Below, piece by piece: positions 35,335 to 44,967 of a DNA stretch of 64,000 bases. Location of the stretch: contig OZ244561.1 in the NCBI GenBank assembly GCA_965217585.1, positions 704,001 to 768,000 on the forward strand. The letters run 5' to 3'. Below the pieces are notes generated by a model that searched no databases, had not been told where the DNA came from, and saw nothing but the letters and a program-made list of their open reading frames with translations. The position numbers and the translations under genes were made by a program. The number at the start of each line of letters is the position of its first letter. Position 1 is the stretch's first letter. This DNA is from Candidatus Latescibacterota bacterium (GTDB taxonomy: Bacteria; Latescibacterota; UBA2968; UBA8231).

Positions 35335-36120
35335 ATGGAACGCGACTTGATCGAACAAGAAGAAGAATCGGCTCTCTACGAAGTCAAACTCGACGTCTTT
35401 GAAGGTCCGATGGACCTGTTGCTCTATCTGATACGCAAAGACGAGTTGGACATCTACGACATTCCCATCGCCCACATCACCACCCAGTACTTGGGCTTTT
35501 TGCAACACATCCACCAACTCGACATCGAACAGGCCAGCGACTTCATCCTCATGGCGGCCACCCTACTGCGGATCAAGTCGCAGATGATGCTGCCCCGCGA
35601 GGAACTCGGTCTCGACGACGAGGGCGAGGAAGACCCCAAGGCCGAGTTGGTCCGCCGCCTGCTAGAGTACCAGCAATTTAAGGACATCGCCGACTGGCTG
35701 GGCGTGCGCAAAAACGAGCGGCGCGACGTGTACCTGCGCCGCCAAGGGCCTGACGACGGCGTCGGGGAGTCGGCCCAGCTACGGCCCGTATCGCTCTTCG
35801 ACCTGTTGGCCGTGTACAAGCACGTGCTCGACACGGTGCCCGAAAACCTAGTACACCAAATCGTCGAAGAAGAGGTCTCGGTCGCCGAGTGCATCGACTA
35901 TCTGTTGGCGGTGCTCGCGCGCAATTCGCGCATCAGCTTCATGGACCTGCTCCAAGGCCGCGACCGCCAAGCCCTAATCGCCACCTTCGTCGGGATCCTA
36001 GAACTGCTCAAATCGCAGCGCGTCCGCGTGCAACAGGCGCGGCCCTTCGACGAGATCTGGATCGAACAATCACCACTCCAACCGACCGCAGCGGGGGCCA
36101 TTCAGACCCGTGAGCCATGA
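35335..36120 (+). CDS. scpA: Segregation/condensation protein A
   Basis: FEGPMDLLLYLI and LRIKSQMMLP motifs. Confidence 0.95.
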   Translation: MERDLIEQEEESALYEVKLDVFEGPMDLLLYLIRKDELDIYDIPIAHITTQYLGFLQHIHQLDIEQASDFILMAATLLRIKSQMMLPREELGLDDEGEEDPKAELVRRLLEYQQFKDIADWLGVRKNERRDVYLRRQGPDDGVGESAQLRPVSLFDLLAVYKHVLDTVPENLVHQIVEEEVSVAECIDYLLAVLARNSRISFMDLLQGRDRQALIATFVGILELLKSQRVRVQQARPFDEIWIEQSPLQPTAAGAIQTREP

Positions 36121-36766
36121 ACCCACAGCGGCCTCGCGCGACGTCGATCCTGCGAAGGCTCGGGCGATCATTGAGGCCATCCTGCTGACGGCGACCGAGC
36201 CAGTGACCCCGGGCCGCCTCGTCCACCTGCTCGCCGGGTACAACGGCCGCGATATCCGCGAGGCCATCGACGCGCTCAACGCCCAGTACGAAGCGGCCGG
36301 GCACGGGATCGAAGTCGTCGAACTAGCGGGTGGCTATCAGCTCGCCTCGCGCCAAGAATGCGGACCTTGGCTGCGCAAGTACCACAGGACCTCGCGCCAA
36401 GTGCGCCTCTCTGCGGCGGGCCTCGAAGTCCTCGCCATCGTCGCCTTCAAGCAGCCGGTCACCCGCGTCGAGATCGACAACATCCGCGGCGTTAGCTCGG
36501 CCAGCGTGTTGCAAACGCTGATGGAACTCAACATGGTCCGTCTCGCCGGTCGCTCCGACGGCATTGGCAAACCCATGCTCTTTGGCACGACCCGAGAATT
36601 TTTGGTCCACTTTGGGCTGCGGGGACTAGGCGAGCTACCTAAGCCCAAGGAATTAGAAGAGCTAATCGCCGAGGGCCAGCAGCCAGCCGCAGCCCGACAA
36701 CTCGCCACTGAGCTGGACGAGTTGCAAAAGCAGGCGGAGGAAGGGAGCGAAGATGAACGCTCCTGA
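36110..36766 (+). CDS. scpB: SMC-Scp complex subunit ScpB
   Basis: LEVLAIVAFKQPVTR and IRGV motifs. Confidence 0.95.
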   Translation: MSHEPTAASRDVDPAKARAIIEAILLTATEPVTPGRLVHLLAGYNGRDIREAIDALNAQYEAAGHGIEVVELAGGYQLASRQECGPWLRKYHRTSRQVRLSAAGLEVLAIVAFKQPVTRVEIDNIRGVSSASVLQTLMELNMVRLAGRSDGIGKPMLFGTTREFLVHFGLRGLGELPKPKELEELIAEGQQPAAARQLATELDELQKQAEEGSEDERS

Positions 36767-37502
36767 GCCGCAAATGCGCCTCAATCGCTTCTTGGCCCGC
36801 TGCGGTGTAGCCTCGCGCCGCCACAGCGATGCGCTGATACAAAGCGGCGCGGTGCGCATCAACGGCGAGGTCGTCGCCGAGCCGGGGCGCGTGGTCGCAG
36901 TGAGTGCCGACCGAGTCGAGTGCCGCGGCCGCGTCGTCGCCCTGCCCGGCCAGTATGAATACGTGCTTTTGCACAAACCGGCCGGGTATCTAGTCACCCG
37001 CAGCGACCCACGCGACCGGCCCACGATCTTCGACCTCTTGCCCGACCTTCACCCAGGCACCGTGCCCGTGGGTCGTCTCGACCTCGACACCACCGGGCTT
37101 TTGCTACTGACCGACGACGGTGACCTCGGCTATCGGCTGCTGCACCCGCGCTTTGTCGTCGACAAGCGCTACGAGGCCATCGTCAGCGGCGATCCACACG
37201 AGGACCGGCTCGACCGGCTGCGCGAGGGCATCGCGCTCGACGACGGCCCCACAGCACCGGCTCAGGTCCAAGTCGAGGAGCGCTGGAGCAGCGGTTGGGT
37301 CAAACAGGCGCGGCTGAGCCTTTGCATTCACGAGGGGCGCAAGCGCCAAGTCCGCCGCATGCTCCGCGCTGTCGGCTACCCGGTGCGGCAATTGACGCGG
37401 GTCGAATTTGCCGGGCTGACCCTCGCCCCGCTCGCCGCAGGCCAACACCGCCGTCTCAGCCCCGGGGAAGTCCGCCGCCTCAAAGCCGAGGTCGGTCTGT
37501 GA
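36753..37502 (+). CDS. rluB: rRNA pseudouridine synthase (RsuA/RluB family)
   Basis: S4 domain GVASRR, VGRLD and EGRKRQVRRM motifs. Confidence 0.88.
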   Translation: MNAPEPQMRLNRFLARCGVASRRHSDALIQSGAVRINGEVVAEPGRVVAVSADRVECRGRVVALPGQYEYVLLHKPAGYLVTRSDPRDRPTIFDLLPDLHPGTVPVGRLDLDTTGLLLLTDDGDLGYRLLHPRFVVDKRYEAIVSGDPHEDRLDRLREGIALDDGPTAPAQVQVEERWSSGWVKQARLSLCIHEGRKRQVRRMLRAVGYPVRQLTRVEFAGLTLAPLAAGQHRRLSPGEVRRLKAEVGL

Positions 37503-38170
37503 AGCGACGCGGGCTGGTCATCGCCATCGATGGCACCGTCGGTACCGGCAAGACGACCACCGCACAGCGGGTGGCCGAGCGGCTGGGCTATCGCCACCTC
37601 GACACCGGGGCCATGTATCGAGCCGTGGCTTTAGCAGCGACCCGCCGTGGGGTGGAACCCGAGGATGAGGACGCGCTGGAGGCCCTATTGGCCACTTCGA
37701 CCATAGATTTGGACTCTTGCCGGGGGCACGTGCTGCTCGACGGACAGGACATCAGCGAAGCGATTCGCCGGCCCGAGATCACCCGCCGGGCAGGTGCGTA
37801 TGCAGACGTGCCCTTGGTGCGCCACTCCCTAGTCGCCCAGCAGCAGCGATTGGGCCAGTGGGGCGGCGTAGTCGCCGAGGGGCGCGACATAGCCGCGGTG
37901 GTCTTTCCCGACGCCGAGCTAAAAATCGCCTTGGTGGCCGACCTCGATGAGCGCACCCGGCGGCGGCATCGGGAATTGACCGCCAAAGGAGTGTGCATCA
38001 CATTGGAGCAAGTCCGGTCCGACATCCAAACTCGAGATCGGGAAGACGCCGAGCGCGACTACGGAGGTACGAGCGCAGCGGCCGAGATCGTCGAGATTGA
38101 CACGACTCGAATGACTTTTGAAGACCAAGTTGACTGCGTCGTCGCATTGGCTCGCCAACGCGGCGCCTAA
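37499..38170 (+). CDS. cmk: Cytidylate kinase
   Basis: IAIDG..GTGKTT, LDTGAMYR and EGRDI motifs. Confidence 0.95.
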   Translation: MKRRGLVIAIDGTVGTGKTTTAQRVAERLGYRHLDTGAMYRAVALAATRRGVEPEDEDALEALLATSTIDLDSCRGHVLLDGQDISEAIRRPEITRRAGAYADVPLVRHSLVAQQQRLGQWGGVVAEGRDIAAVVFPDAELKIALVADLDERTRRRHRELTAKGVCITLEQVRSDIQTRDREDAERDYGGTSAAAEIVEIDTTRMTFEDQVDCVVALARQRGA

Positions 38171-38251
38171 CGCTGGCGCGGAAAGGCCGCGCCGGTATCA
38201 CACTACGCGAAGTGCTCGCTTCGCTTTAACCTTTTTGAGGATCTGCACAAC

Positions 38252-40075
38252 ATGACTGAAGAAACCACAGTAACAGAAGAGCCGCAGGAAGCAACAGAAG
38301 CACAACAAGAAGCTCCTGTGTACGGCAACGTCAGCGTCGAAGAGCTGGAGAAGCCCGAGTACGATCAGGCCCAATTCGACGAATTCATGGCCCTCTACGA
38401 GGAGAGCATCTCCGGCATCAAAGAGGGTCAGATCGTCAAGGGCACGGTCGTCTCAATCGGCCCCAGTGAGGTGATGGTCGATATCGGCTTCAAGTCCGAA
38501 GGCGCGGTGCCGATCAAGGAATTTTCCGACCCCGAGTCCATTGAGAACGGCCAAGAAATCGAGGTCTTCTTAGAAGACGTCGAAGACGAAGAGGGCCAAG
38601 TCGTGCTCTCCAAGCAGAAGGCCGACTTCATGCGGGTCTGGGATTCGATCAAGGATGCTCACGACACCGGCAACACCGTCGAGGGCCGGCTGATGCGGCG
38701 CATCAAGGGCGGCATCGTCGTCAATCTCTTTGGCGTCGAGGCCTTTCTGCCCGGCTCGCAGATCGACATCCGTCAAGTCAAGAACTTCGACCAGTTCATC
38801 GGCCACGAGTTTCCCTTTAAGATCATCAAGCTCAACAAGGCGCGGCGGAACATCGTCGTCTCGCGCCGCGCCGTGCTAGAGGAAGAGCGTGCGCGGATGC
38901 GCGAGGAGATCGTCAAGGTGTTGGAGGAAGGCCAGATCCGCGAGGGCATCGTCAAGAACATCACCGACTTCGGTGCCTTCATCGACTTGGGCGGCGTCGA
39001 TGGCCTCCTCCACATCACCGACATGTCGTGGGGGCGCGTCAACCACCCCTCGGAGTTGGTCTCTATCGGCGACCGCATCAAGGTCAAGGTGCTCAGCTAC
39101 GACCGCAAGCGCGAACGCATCTCCTTGGGGCTTAAGCAGCTAACCCCCCATCCGTGGGAGAACATCGAGAAAAAGTACCCGATTGAGAGCCAAATTCGCG
39201 GCAAGGTGGTCTCCATCACCGACTACGGTGCCTTCGTCGAGCTGGAGGAAGGCATCGAGGGCCTAGTCCACATCTCTGAGATGTCCTGGACCCAGCACGT
39301 GCGCCATCCTTCCAAGCTGGTTGAAATCGGCGACATCGTCGAGGTGAAGGTGCTCAAGATCGACAGCGAGAACCAGAAGATCTCGCTCGGCATGAAGCAA
39401 ACCGAGGACGATCCGTGGGATACCCTCGACGCCAAGTATCCCCCCGGCACCAAGATCGAGGGCACGGTATGCAGCCTGACCAACTTCGGGGCCTTCATCG
39501 AGATCGAGGACAACATCGACGGGCTAGTCCATATTTCGGATATGTCTTGGACTAAGCGCATCCGCCAAGCCAGCGAAATGTTCAAAAAGGGCGACGTGAT
39601 TCCCGTAGTCGTCTCCGAAATCGACATCAAGCGCCGCCGCATCTCGCTCAGCCACAAGGATGCCTTTGAAAACCCCTGGTCTCGCTTCGCCGATCAGTAC
39701 GCGGTGGGCGTCGAGGCCCAGGGCGCGATCTCGCGGATCCTCGAGCGCGGCGTCGTCGTTTCGCTCGTCGACGAAGTTGACGGGTTCGTGCCACTGTCGC
39801 ATTTGGCCATCGACGAGTTGCAAAACCCGCGCCAGAGCTTTGCCGAAGGGCAGGAACTCCCGCTAGAGGTCATCGAGTTCGACAAGAACCAGAAAAAGAT
39901 CGTCCTCAGCGTGCGCGAGTACTTCAAGGACAAGGACCAAGCCGAGTACGAAGCCTACTTAGCCGACCATCCCGTCCAAGAGGTCGCCGCCGAGGTCGCC
40001 GCCGAGGTCGCCGCCGACAAGGACGACGAGATGGAGAGCTGGGGAGACGCCCACTACGAGCAAGACGAGTCGTAA
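38252..40075 (+). CDS. rpsA: 30S ribosomal protein S1
   Basis: Six S1 repeats with KSEG and FGAFIDLGGVDGLLHITD motifs. Confidence 0.97.
   Translation: MTEETTVTEEPQEATEAQQEAPVYGNVSVEELEKPEYDQAQFDEFMALYEESISGIKEGQIVKGTVVSIGPSEVMVDIGFKSEGAVPIKEFSDPESIENGQEIEVFLEDVEDEEGQVVLSKQKADFMRVWDSIKDAHDTGNTVEGRLMRRIKGGIVVNLFGVEAFLPGSQIDIRQVKNFDQFIGHEFPFKIIKLNKARRNIVVSRRAVLEEERARMREEIVKVLEEGQIREGIVKNITDFGAFIDLGGVDGLLHITDMSWGRVNHPSELVSIGDRIKVKVLSYDRKRERISLGLKQLTPHPWENIEKKYPIESQIRGKVVSITDYGAFVELEEGIEGLVHISEMSWTQHVRHPSKLVEIGDIVEVKVLKIDSENQKISLGMKQTEDDPWDTLDAKYPPGTKIEGTVCSLTNFGAFIEIEDNIDGLVHISDMSWTKRIRQASEMFKKGDVIPVVVSEIDIKRRRISLSHKDAFENPWSRFADQYAVGVEAQGAISRILERGVVVSLVDEVDGFVPLSHLAIDELQNPRQSFAEGQELPLEVIEFDKNQKKIVLSVREYFKDKDQAEYEAYLADHPVQEVAAEVAAEVAADKDDEMESWGDAHYEQDES
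39980..40015 (+). repeat. 12-bp tandem repeat x3 (EVAA) in the rpsA tail
   Basis: GAGGTCGCCGCC repeated three times. Confidence 0.9.
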
Positions 40076-40094
40076 GCTCCGCAGCAACAACCAA

Positions 40095-40133
40095 GCGCGG
40101 TGGGACGAACGATCGTTCCACCGCGTTTTTATT
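40095..40133 (+). terminator. Intrinsic terminator after rpsA
   Basis: GCGCGGTGGGACGA / TCGTTCCACCGCGT stem followed by TTTTATTT. Confidence 0.8.
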
Positions 40134-40167
40134 TCTGCCAACCCCAACCCACTAACCGGCCCCCACC

Positions 40168-42789
40168 ATGCCACCGAGAACCAAGCTCACTCCGGCGATG
40201 GAGCAGTACATGCACTTTAAGCGTCAGCACCCCGACGCGATTCTCTTCTTCCGCATGGGCGACTTCTACGAGATGTTCTGCGACGACGCCAAAGAGGCCG
40301 CGCGCCTGCTGGGCCTCACCCTGACCTCGCGCCCGGCCGGCAAATCCGGCGACTTGCCCCTCGCCGGCGTGCCCCATCACGCCATGGAAGGCTATCTGGC
40401 CAAACTCATCCAGCTCGGGCGCAAGGTCGCCATTTGCGAGCAGATCGAAGATCCCAAAAAGGCCAAGGGCGTGGTCAAGCGCGACGTAGTCGAGGTCGTC
40501 TCCCCAGGCACCGCGCTCTCCGACGCCATGCTCGACCAACAGCGCAACAACTTCCTCGTCGGCCTCTGCGCGCACTCCGGCCGCGTCGGCCTCGCCAGCG
40601 TCGATTTGTCAACCGGAGACTTCGCGCTCGACGAGATTCCCGCCAGCGACCTCGCCGACGAGCTGGAGAGCTTAGGCCCAGCCGAGCTGCTCATCGCCGA
40701 AGGGGCCGACGAACAATGGGTCGCCACCCTGCAAAACGCCCTGCCACAAGTGGCGCTCAGCCGCCTCGCGGACTGGCACTTCGCCGCCGACACCGCGTAC
40801 GAAACCCTCACCAGCCAGCTTCGCGTCCAGACGCTGAAGGGCTTTGGCTGCGAGGACATGGAGGCCGCCATCCGCGCCGGCGGGGCAACAGTGGCCTATT
40901 TGCGCGACAACCAGCGCGGTGCGGTCGAGCACATCAACCGCCTCCAGCGCAAGCACCGCGAGCACTTTGCCCTCATCGACGCCACGGCCCAGCGCAACCT
41001 AGAGCTTCTCGCCAATCGCCAAGATGGGGGCCGCGCCAACACCTTACTCGAAATCCTCGACCGCACCCGCACCCCCATGGGTGCGCGTCTGCTGCGCCAG
41101 TGGGTGACCCAGCCGCTCAAGTCCCCACCCTTAATCATCGACCGTCTAGAGGCCGTTGACGAGCTTCTACGCCAACGCGAAATCCGCCGCACCCTCGGCC
41201 AATGCCTAGAGCAAGTCGGCGACCTAGAGCGGCTGATTGCGCGGATTTGCTGTCTGCGGGCCAATGCCCGCGACATGGTGGGCCTCGCCCGCTCGCTCGA
41301 CACCGCGCCCGCCATTGGCACCGCGCTATCCCCGGCACAGAGCGCGCTCCTGCAAGAGCTGTGCTCCAAAGGGCTGCCCGACGTCAGCGAGCTGGTCTCC
41401 GAAATCCTCGGTTCCCTAGTCGATGCGCCCCCGGCGACCCTGACCGACGGCGGCCTAATCCGCGACGGCTATAACCCGGATGTTGATGATCTGCGGCGAA
41501 TCGCCCGCGGCGGCAAGGAATACATCGCCCGCTTGCAGGCCACCGAGCGCGAGCGCACCGGCATTGCCTCGCTCAAGATCGGCTACAACCAAGTCTTTGG
41601 TTACTACATTGAGATCAGCAAGGCCAACCTCGACAAAGCTCCCGCCGAGTATCATCGCAAACAGACCTTGGCCAACGCCGAGCGCTTCATCACGCCTGAG
41701 CTAAAGGAATACGAGGAAAAGGTCCTAGGGGCCGAGGACCGCCTCAAAGAGCTGGAAAACGAGCTATTCTTGGCCCTGCGCGACCGCGCCGCCCGCTGGA
41801 CGCCCCAAGTCCAGCAGATCGCCCGCGCCATCGCGCGCATCGACGTGCTGTATTCCCTCGCCGAAGTCGCCGAGAGCGAATCCTACACCCGGCCCCAAGT
41901 CGATGATGGCCAGCTAATCGAAATCCGCGACGGCCGCCACCCGGTCGTCGAGCGTCAACTCCACACGGGCCGCTTCGTGCCCAACGATGTGCGCCTCGAC
42001 ACCAACGGGGCGCAGATCATGCTCATCACCGGCCCGAATATGGCCGGCAAGAGCACCATCATCCGCCAAGTGGGTCTCATCGCGCTGATGGCGCAGATGG
42101 GCAGCTTCGTCCCCGCGCGGCAAGCTACCATCGGCGTCGTCGATCGCATCTTCACCCGCGTGGGCGCGTCCGACAACCTCGCCGGTGGCGAGAGCACCTT
42201 CATGGTAGAGATGCACGAGGCAGCCAATATCCTCAACAACGCCACCAGCCGCAGCTTGCTCCTCATAGACGAACTTGGCCGCGGCACTAGCACCTTCGAC
42301 GGCCTGAGCATTGCCTGGGCTATTGTCGAGTATTTGCACCAGCACCGCGAGGTCCACCCGCGCACCCTTTTTGCCACGCATTACCACGAGATGACCGAAC
42401 TCGAAAGCCACCTAGAGCGCGTCGTCAACTTCAACGTGCAGGTGCGCGAAGAAGGCGACCGCGTGGTGTTCCTCCACCGCCTAGCCCCAGGGTCTGCCGA
42501 CCAAAGCTACGGCATCAACGTCGCGCAGATGGCCGGGATGCCGGACCAAGTCGTCGCGCGCGCCCAAGAAATCCTCGCCCGTCTCGAAAAGGACCAGATC
42601 GACACCACGGACATCCACCGCCCGGACGCGCCTCCGTCGGCCCCTAAACCCCAGCTCAATCTCTTCCCCGCGCCTGCGGACGCGCCGTGGGTGGCGGAGT
42701 TGCGGGACATGGACCTCAGCCAGATTACGCCGCTTCAGGCGTTGCTCAAGCTGAATGAGTGGAAAGAGAATATTAAAAATGGGGAATGA
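40168..42789 (+). CDS. mutS: DNA mismatch repair protein MutS
   Basis: FRMGDFYE, TGPNMAGKST, DELGRGTS and FATHYHE motifs. Confidence 0.98.
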   Translation: MPPRTKLTPAMEQYMHFKRQHPDAILFFRMGDFYEMFCDDAKEAARLLGLTLTSRPAGKSGDLPLAGVPHHAMEGYLAKLIQLGRKVAICEQIEDPKKAKGVVKRDVVEVVSPGTALSDAMLDQQRNNFLVGLCAHSGRVGLASVDLSTGDFALDEIPASDLADELESLGPAELLIAEGADEQWVATLQNALPQVALSRLADWHFAADTAYETLTSQLRVQTLKGFGCEDMEAAIRAGGATVAYLRDNQRGAVEHINRLQRKHREHFALIDATAQRNLELLANRQDGGRANTLLEILDRTRTPMGARLLRQWVTQPLKSPPLIIDRLEAVDELLRQREIRRTLGQCLEQVGDLERLIARICCLRANARDMVGLARSLDTAPAIGTALSPAQSALLQELCSKGLPDVSELVSEILGSLVDAPPATLTDGGLIRDGYNPDVDDLRRIARGGKEYIARLQATERERTGIASLKIGYNQVFGYYIEISKANLDKAPAEYHRKQTLANAERFITPELKEYEEKVLGAEDRLKELENELFLALRDRAARWTPQVQQIARAIARIDVLYSLAEVAESESYTRPQVDDGQLIEIRDGRHPVVERQLHTGRFVPNDVRLDTNGAQIMLITGPNMAGKSTIIRQVGLIALMAQMGSFVPARQATIGVVDRIFTRVGASDNLAGGESTFMVEMHEAANILNNATSRSLLLIDELGRGTSTFDGLSIAWAIVEYLHQHREVHPRTLFATHYHEMTELESHLERVVNFNVQVREEGDRVVFLHRLAPGSADQSYGINVAQMAGMPDQVVARAQEILARLEKDQIDTTDIHRPDAPPSAPKPQLNLFPAPADAPWVAELRDMDLSQITPLQALLKLNEWKENIKNGE

Positions 42790-42891
42790 GGCAGATTCAC
42801 CGGGAGATTGAGCGAGAGTATGTGGTTGTGCAGGAGGGGGTCAAGGAACGAAGAGCTTGGGATTTGAATGAACCATAGAGGAGGCAGCACA

Positions 42892-43182
42892 ATGATTCGA
42901 CCGACCGAAGTACACCCACGAGCTGGCTACCACATTTGGCTTCGATATTCAGATGGCGTCACCGGTGAGATAGACCTGTCACATCTTGCCGGAAAGGGCG
43001 TGTTCAAGATTTGGGACGAGCCGGGATATTTCGCGAAGGTGCATATAACTTCCCACAGAGCCATAGCTTGGGACGATGACATCGACCTTTGCGCCGATGC
43101 TCTATACATGGAACTCACAGGTAAATCTGTTGAGGAAGTGATGCCCGGTGTGAAACAGATAATACAGAGCCGCGATGCCTGA
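42892..43182 (+). CDS. DUF2442 protein (putative antitoxin)
   Basis: YHIWLRYSDG..GEIDL and IAWDDDIDLCADALY motifs. Confidence 0.85.
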   Translation: MIRPTEVHPRAGYHIWLRYSDGVTGEIDLSHLAGKGVFKIWDEPGYFAKVHITSHRAIAWDDDIDLCADALYMELTGKSVEEVMPGVKQIIQSRDA

Positions 43183-43435
43183 ACTCTGTAGATTTTATGG
43201 CATCAGCATTCGCATTAACTTTCGCGACCACAATCCACCTCATTTTCACGCGCTGTACGGTGAACATGAAGCTGTCATAGACATAAACAGCATCAGCGTG
43301 GTGGAGGGGCAGCTTCCCGCCCGTGCCCGCCGTCTTGTGGTGGAATGGGCATCCCTTCACCAAGACGAACTGATGGCAGCTTGGATGCGTGCGCAGCGTT
43401 CAGAGCCGCCCGGCAGGATCGCACCGTTGGAGTGA
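43175..43435 (+). CDS. DUF4160 protein (putative toxin, DhiT-like)
   Basis: MPELCRFYGI, DHNPPHFHA, VEWA..HQDEL..W and IAPLE motifs. Confidence 0.9.
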   Translation: MPELCRFYGISIRINFRDHNPPHFHALYGEHEAVIDINSISVVEGQLPARARRLVVEWASLHQDELMAAWMRAQRSEPPGRIAPLE

Positions 43436-43511
43436 CGCTATGGTGCTGCGACATGAACCAAGGACAGGAAATCGAACGCGGGCATGCAGGTATGGGTTTA
43501 GTCGAGGATGA

Positions 43512-43589
43512 ATGGTAAGCGAGTGGCGCGAGGTTCCAGTATCCGAAGTCGCGAAACTCACCATCCGCAACTTCAAGCGCTTTGAATAG
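43512..43589 (+). pseudogene. 25-codon chimeric relic (HsdS-like start fused to AAA/SMC-like ATPase start)
   Basis: Translates MVSEWREVPVSEVA-KLTIRNFKRFE*. Confidence 0.45.
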
Positions 43590-43610
43590 CTCGCCGGAAG
43601 GGAAAACGCG

Positions 43611-44612
43611 ATGATCCGGTTTATCAAGAAATGGTTCTCACGCAGCACGAACCCGTCATCAAAAGCTGAAAGTGCACCAGCGGACGAGGCGGCGACCGCC
43701 GAGCAAGCGACAGACGCTGACACATCCACGCCCAGCGAACCAACTGCCCCTGCCACAGACGAAGTCGAAATCCAGCGCCGCTTCAACGAATTCGAGCGCC
43801 GTTTCAACGAACGCCAGCGGGAGCTTCTGGATTACCGGGCGAAGTCCATTAGCTGGTGGCTTGCTCTCATAACTATACTCCTTACGTCTTTCGGCGTTAT
43901 TGGAGCCATCATTGGTTACATAGGCTTCAGCAGCCTTAAAGAAATCGAAGCGACGGCTAAAGAGCATGAGGAAGCCGCTAAGAGCTATGTAGAAGAGATT
44001 AAGAAGCACCGAGACAAAGCCGAAGAGATTGTTCTCGCCATGGACGCTCAGACTGTTGCCGATGATCCTACTAAGGCGAGGCAGTTCATTGAGGATGTCC
44101 GCGAAAATCCCAAAGCATCCTCGACAGACAAGGCGATCGCTAAGGCCGTTTCTCTCCAAGACCAAGGAAAGAAAGAAGAAGCCCTCAAGATATGGCGAGG
44201 CATCGCCGATACTTTTGAAGAAGTCGATAGAGAGCTCGCCGCCGGAGCTTGGTTTTCCGTCGGTTATCTACTTGAGCTGGGAAAGCCCGAAGATGCGATT
44301 GCCGCATACGACCAAGCGCTCCGCTTAGAGCCAGATAAAGTCGCAGCCTACAACAATCGCGGCCTTGTAAAGAACTTACTAGGCCGACACGAAGCCGCCA
44401 TCGCCGATTATGACGAGGCAATCCGTTTGAAACCAGACTATGAAAAAGCCTATCTAAACCGAGGCATGGTGAAGATCTCACTGAGCCGAATAGACGAGGC
44501 GCGGCAGGATTTCGAGAAAGCACTCGACTTAGCGCGCAAGGCCGGCAATGACAGCCTCGTCGCCTCGGTAGAGCAGAGGTTGCAAGGCCTCAACAACCGA
44601 GAAGGCGAATGA
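43611..44612 (+). CDS. Membrane-anchored TPR protein
   Basis: One TM helix, a coiled coil and AYNNRG/AYLNRG TPRs. Confidence 0.85.
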   Translation: MIRFIKKWFSRSTNPSSKAESAPADEAATAEQATDADTSTPSEPTAPATDEVEIQRRFNEFERRFNERQRELLDYRAKSISWWLALITILLTSFGVIGAIIGYIGFSSLKEIEATAKEHEEAAKSYVEEIKKHRDKAEEIVLAMDAQTVADDPTKARQFIEDVRENPKASSTDKAIAKAVSLQDQGKKEEALKIWRGIADTFEEVDRELAAGAWFSVGYLLELGKPEDAIAAYDQALRLEPDKVAAYNNRGLVKNLLGRHEAAIADYDEAIRLKPDYEKAYLNRGMVKISLSRIDEARQDFEKALDLARKAGNDSLVASVEQRLQGLNNREGE

Positions 44613-44625
44613 CTTTTTTCGAGAG

Positions 44626-44850
44626 TCAGCCCCTAGGCGGAAATGGGTCGTTGCCGTAAGAGTTGCGTTCCCGTATGCGGCCATCCCTACCGTGGATGAA
44701 CATTTCGCTACCCTGGTTCTGGGCGATCTCTTGCGCGGCGTCAATAGCCTCGCGCTGAGTGCGGTGAACCGAGCTGGCGCGCTGGCTCCTATCACCCCGA
44801 ACGGCCCATTCACCGTCGTGCGGAACAACGTGCTGATTGCGTTTCGCCAT
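44626..44850 (-). CDS. DUF2188 protein
   Basis: NQHVVPH..W.V, TQREAI..A and IHGRDGRIRERNSYG.DP motifs. Confidence 0.9.
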   Translation of the reverse strand: MAKRNQHVVPHDGEWAVRGDRSQRASSVHRTQREAIDAAQEIAQNQGSEMFIHGRDGRIRERNSYGNDPFPPRG

Positions 44851-44901
44851 ATTACAGTAACCTCCTAATCAGATATTCTTTGCAGACCATCCCTGCAAGG
44901 C

Positions 44902-44949
44902 TTGATTGATTATGTTTACACTTATAGTATATATTTTAAAAGTGTAAAC
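44902..44949. promoter_or_regulatory. Promoter plus inverted-repeat operator between divergent DUF2188 and XRE-ImmA
   Basis: TTGATT-17-TAGTAT (44902-44930) and GTTTACACTT-N16-AAGTGTAAAC (44914-44949). Confidence 0.65.
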
Positions 44950-44967
44950 TTCAACATCAGGAGCCAC

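Noticed and set aside
39980-40015. rpsA EVAA repeat as a phase-variation or CRISPR-like element
   Set aside because: It is an in-frame 12-bp slippage in a disordered tail, with no spacers.
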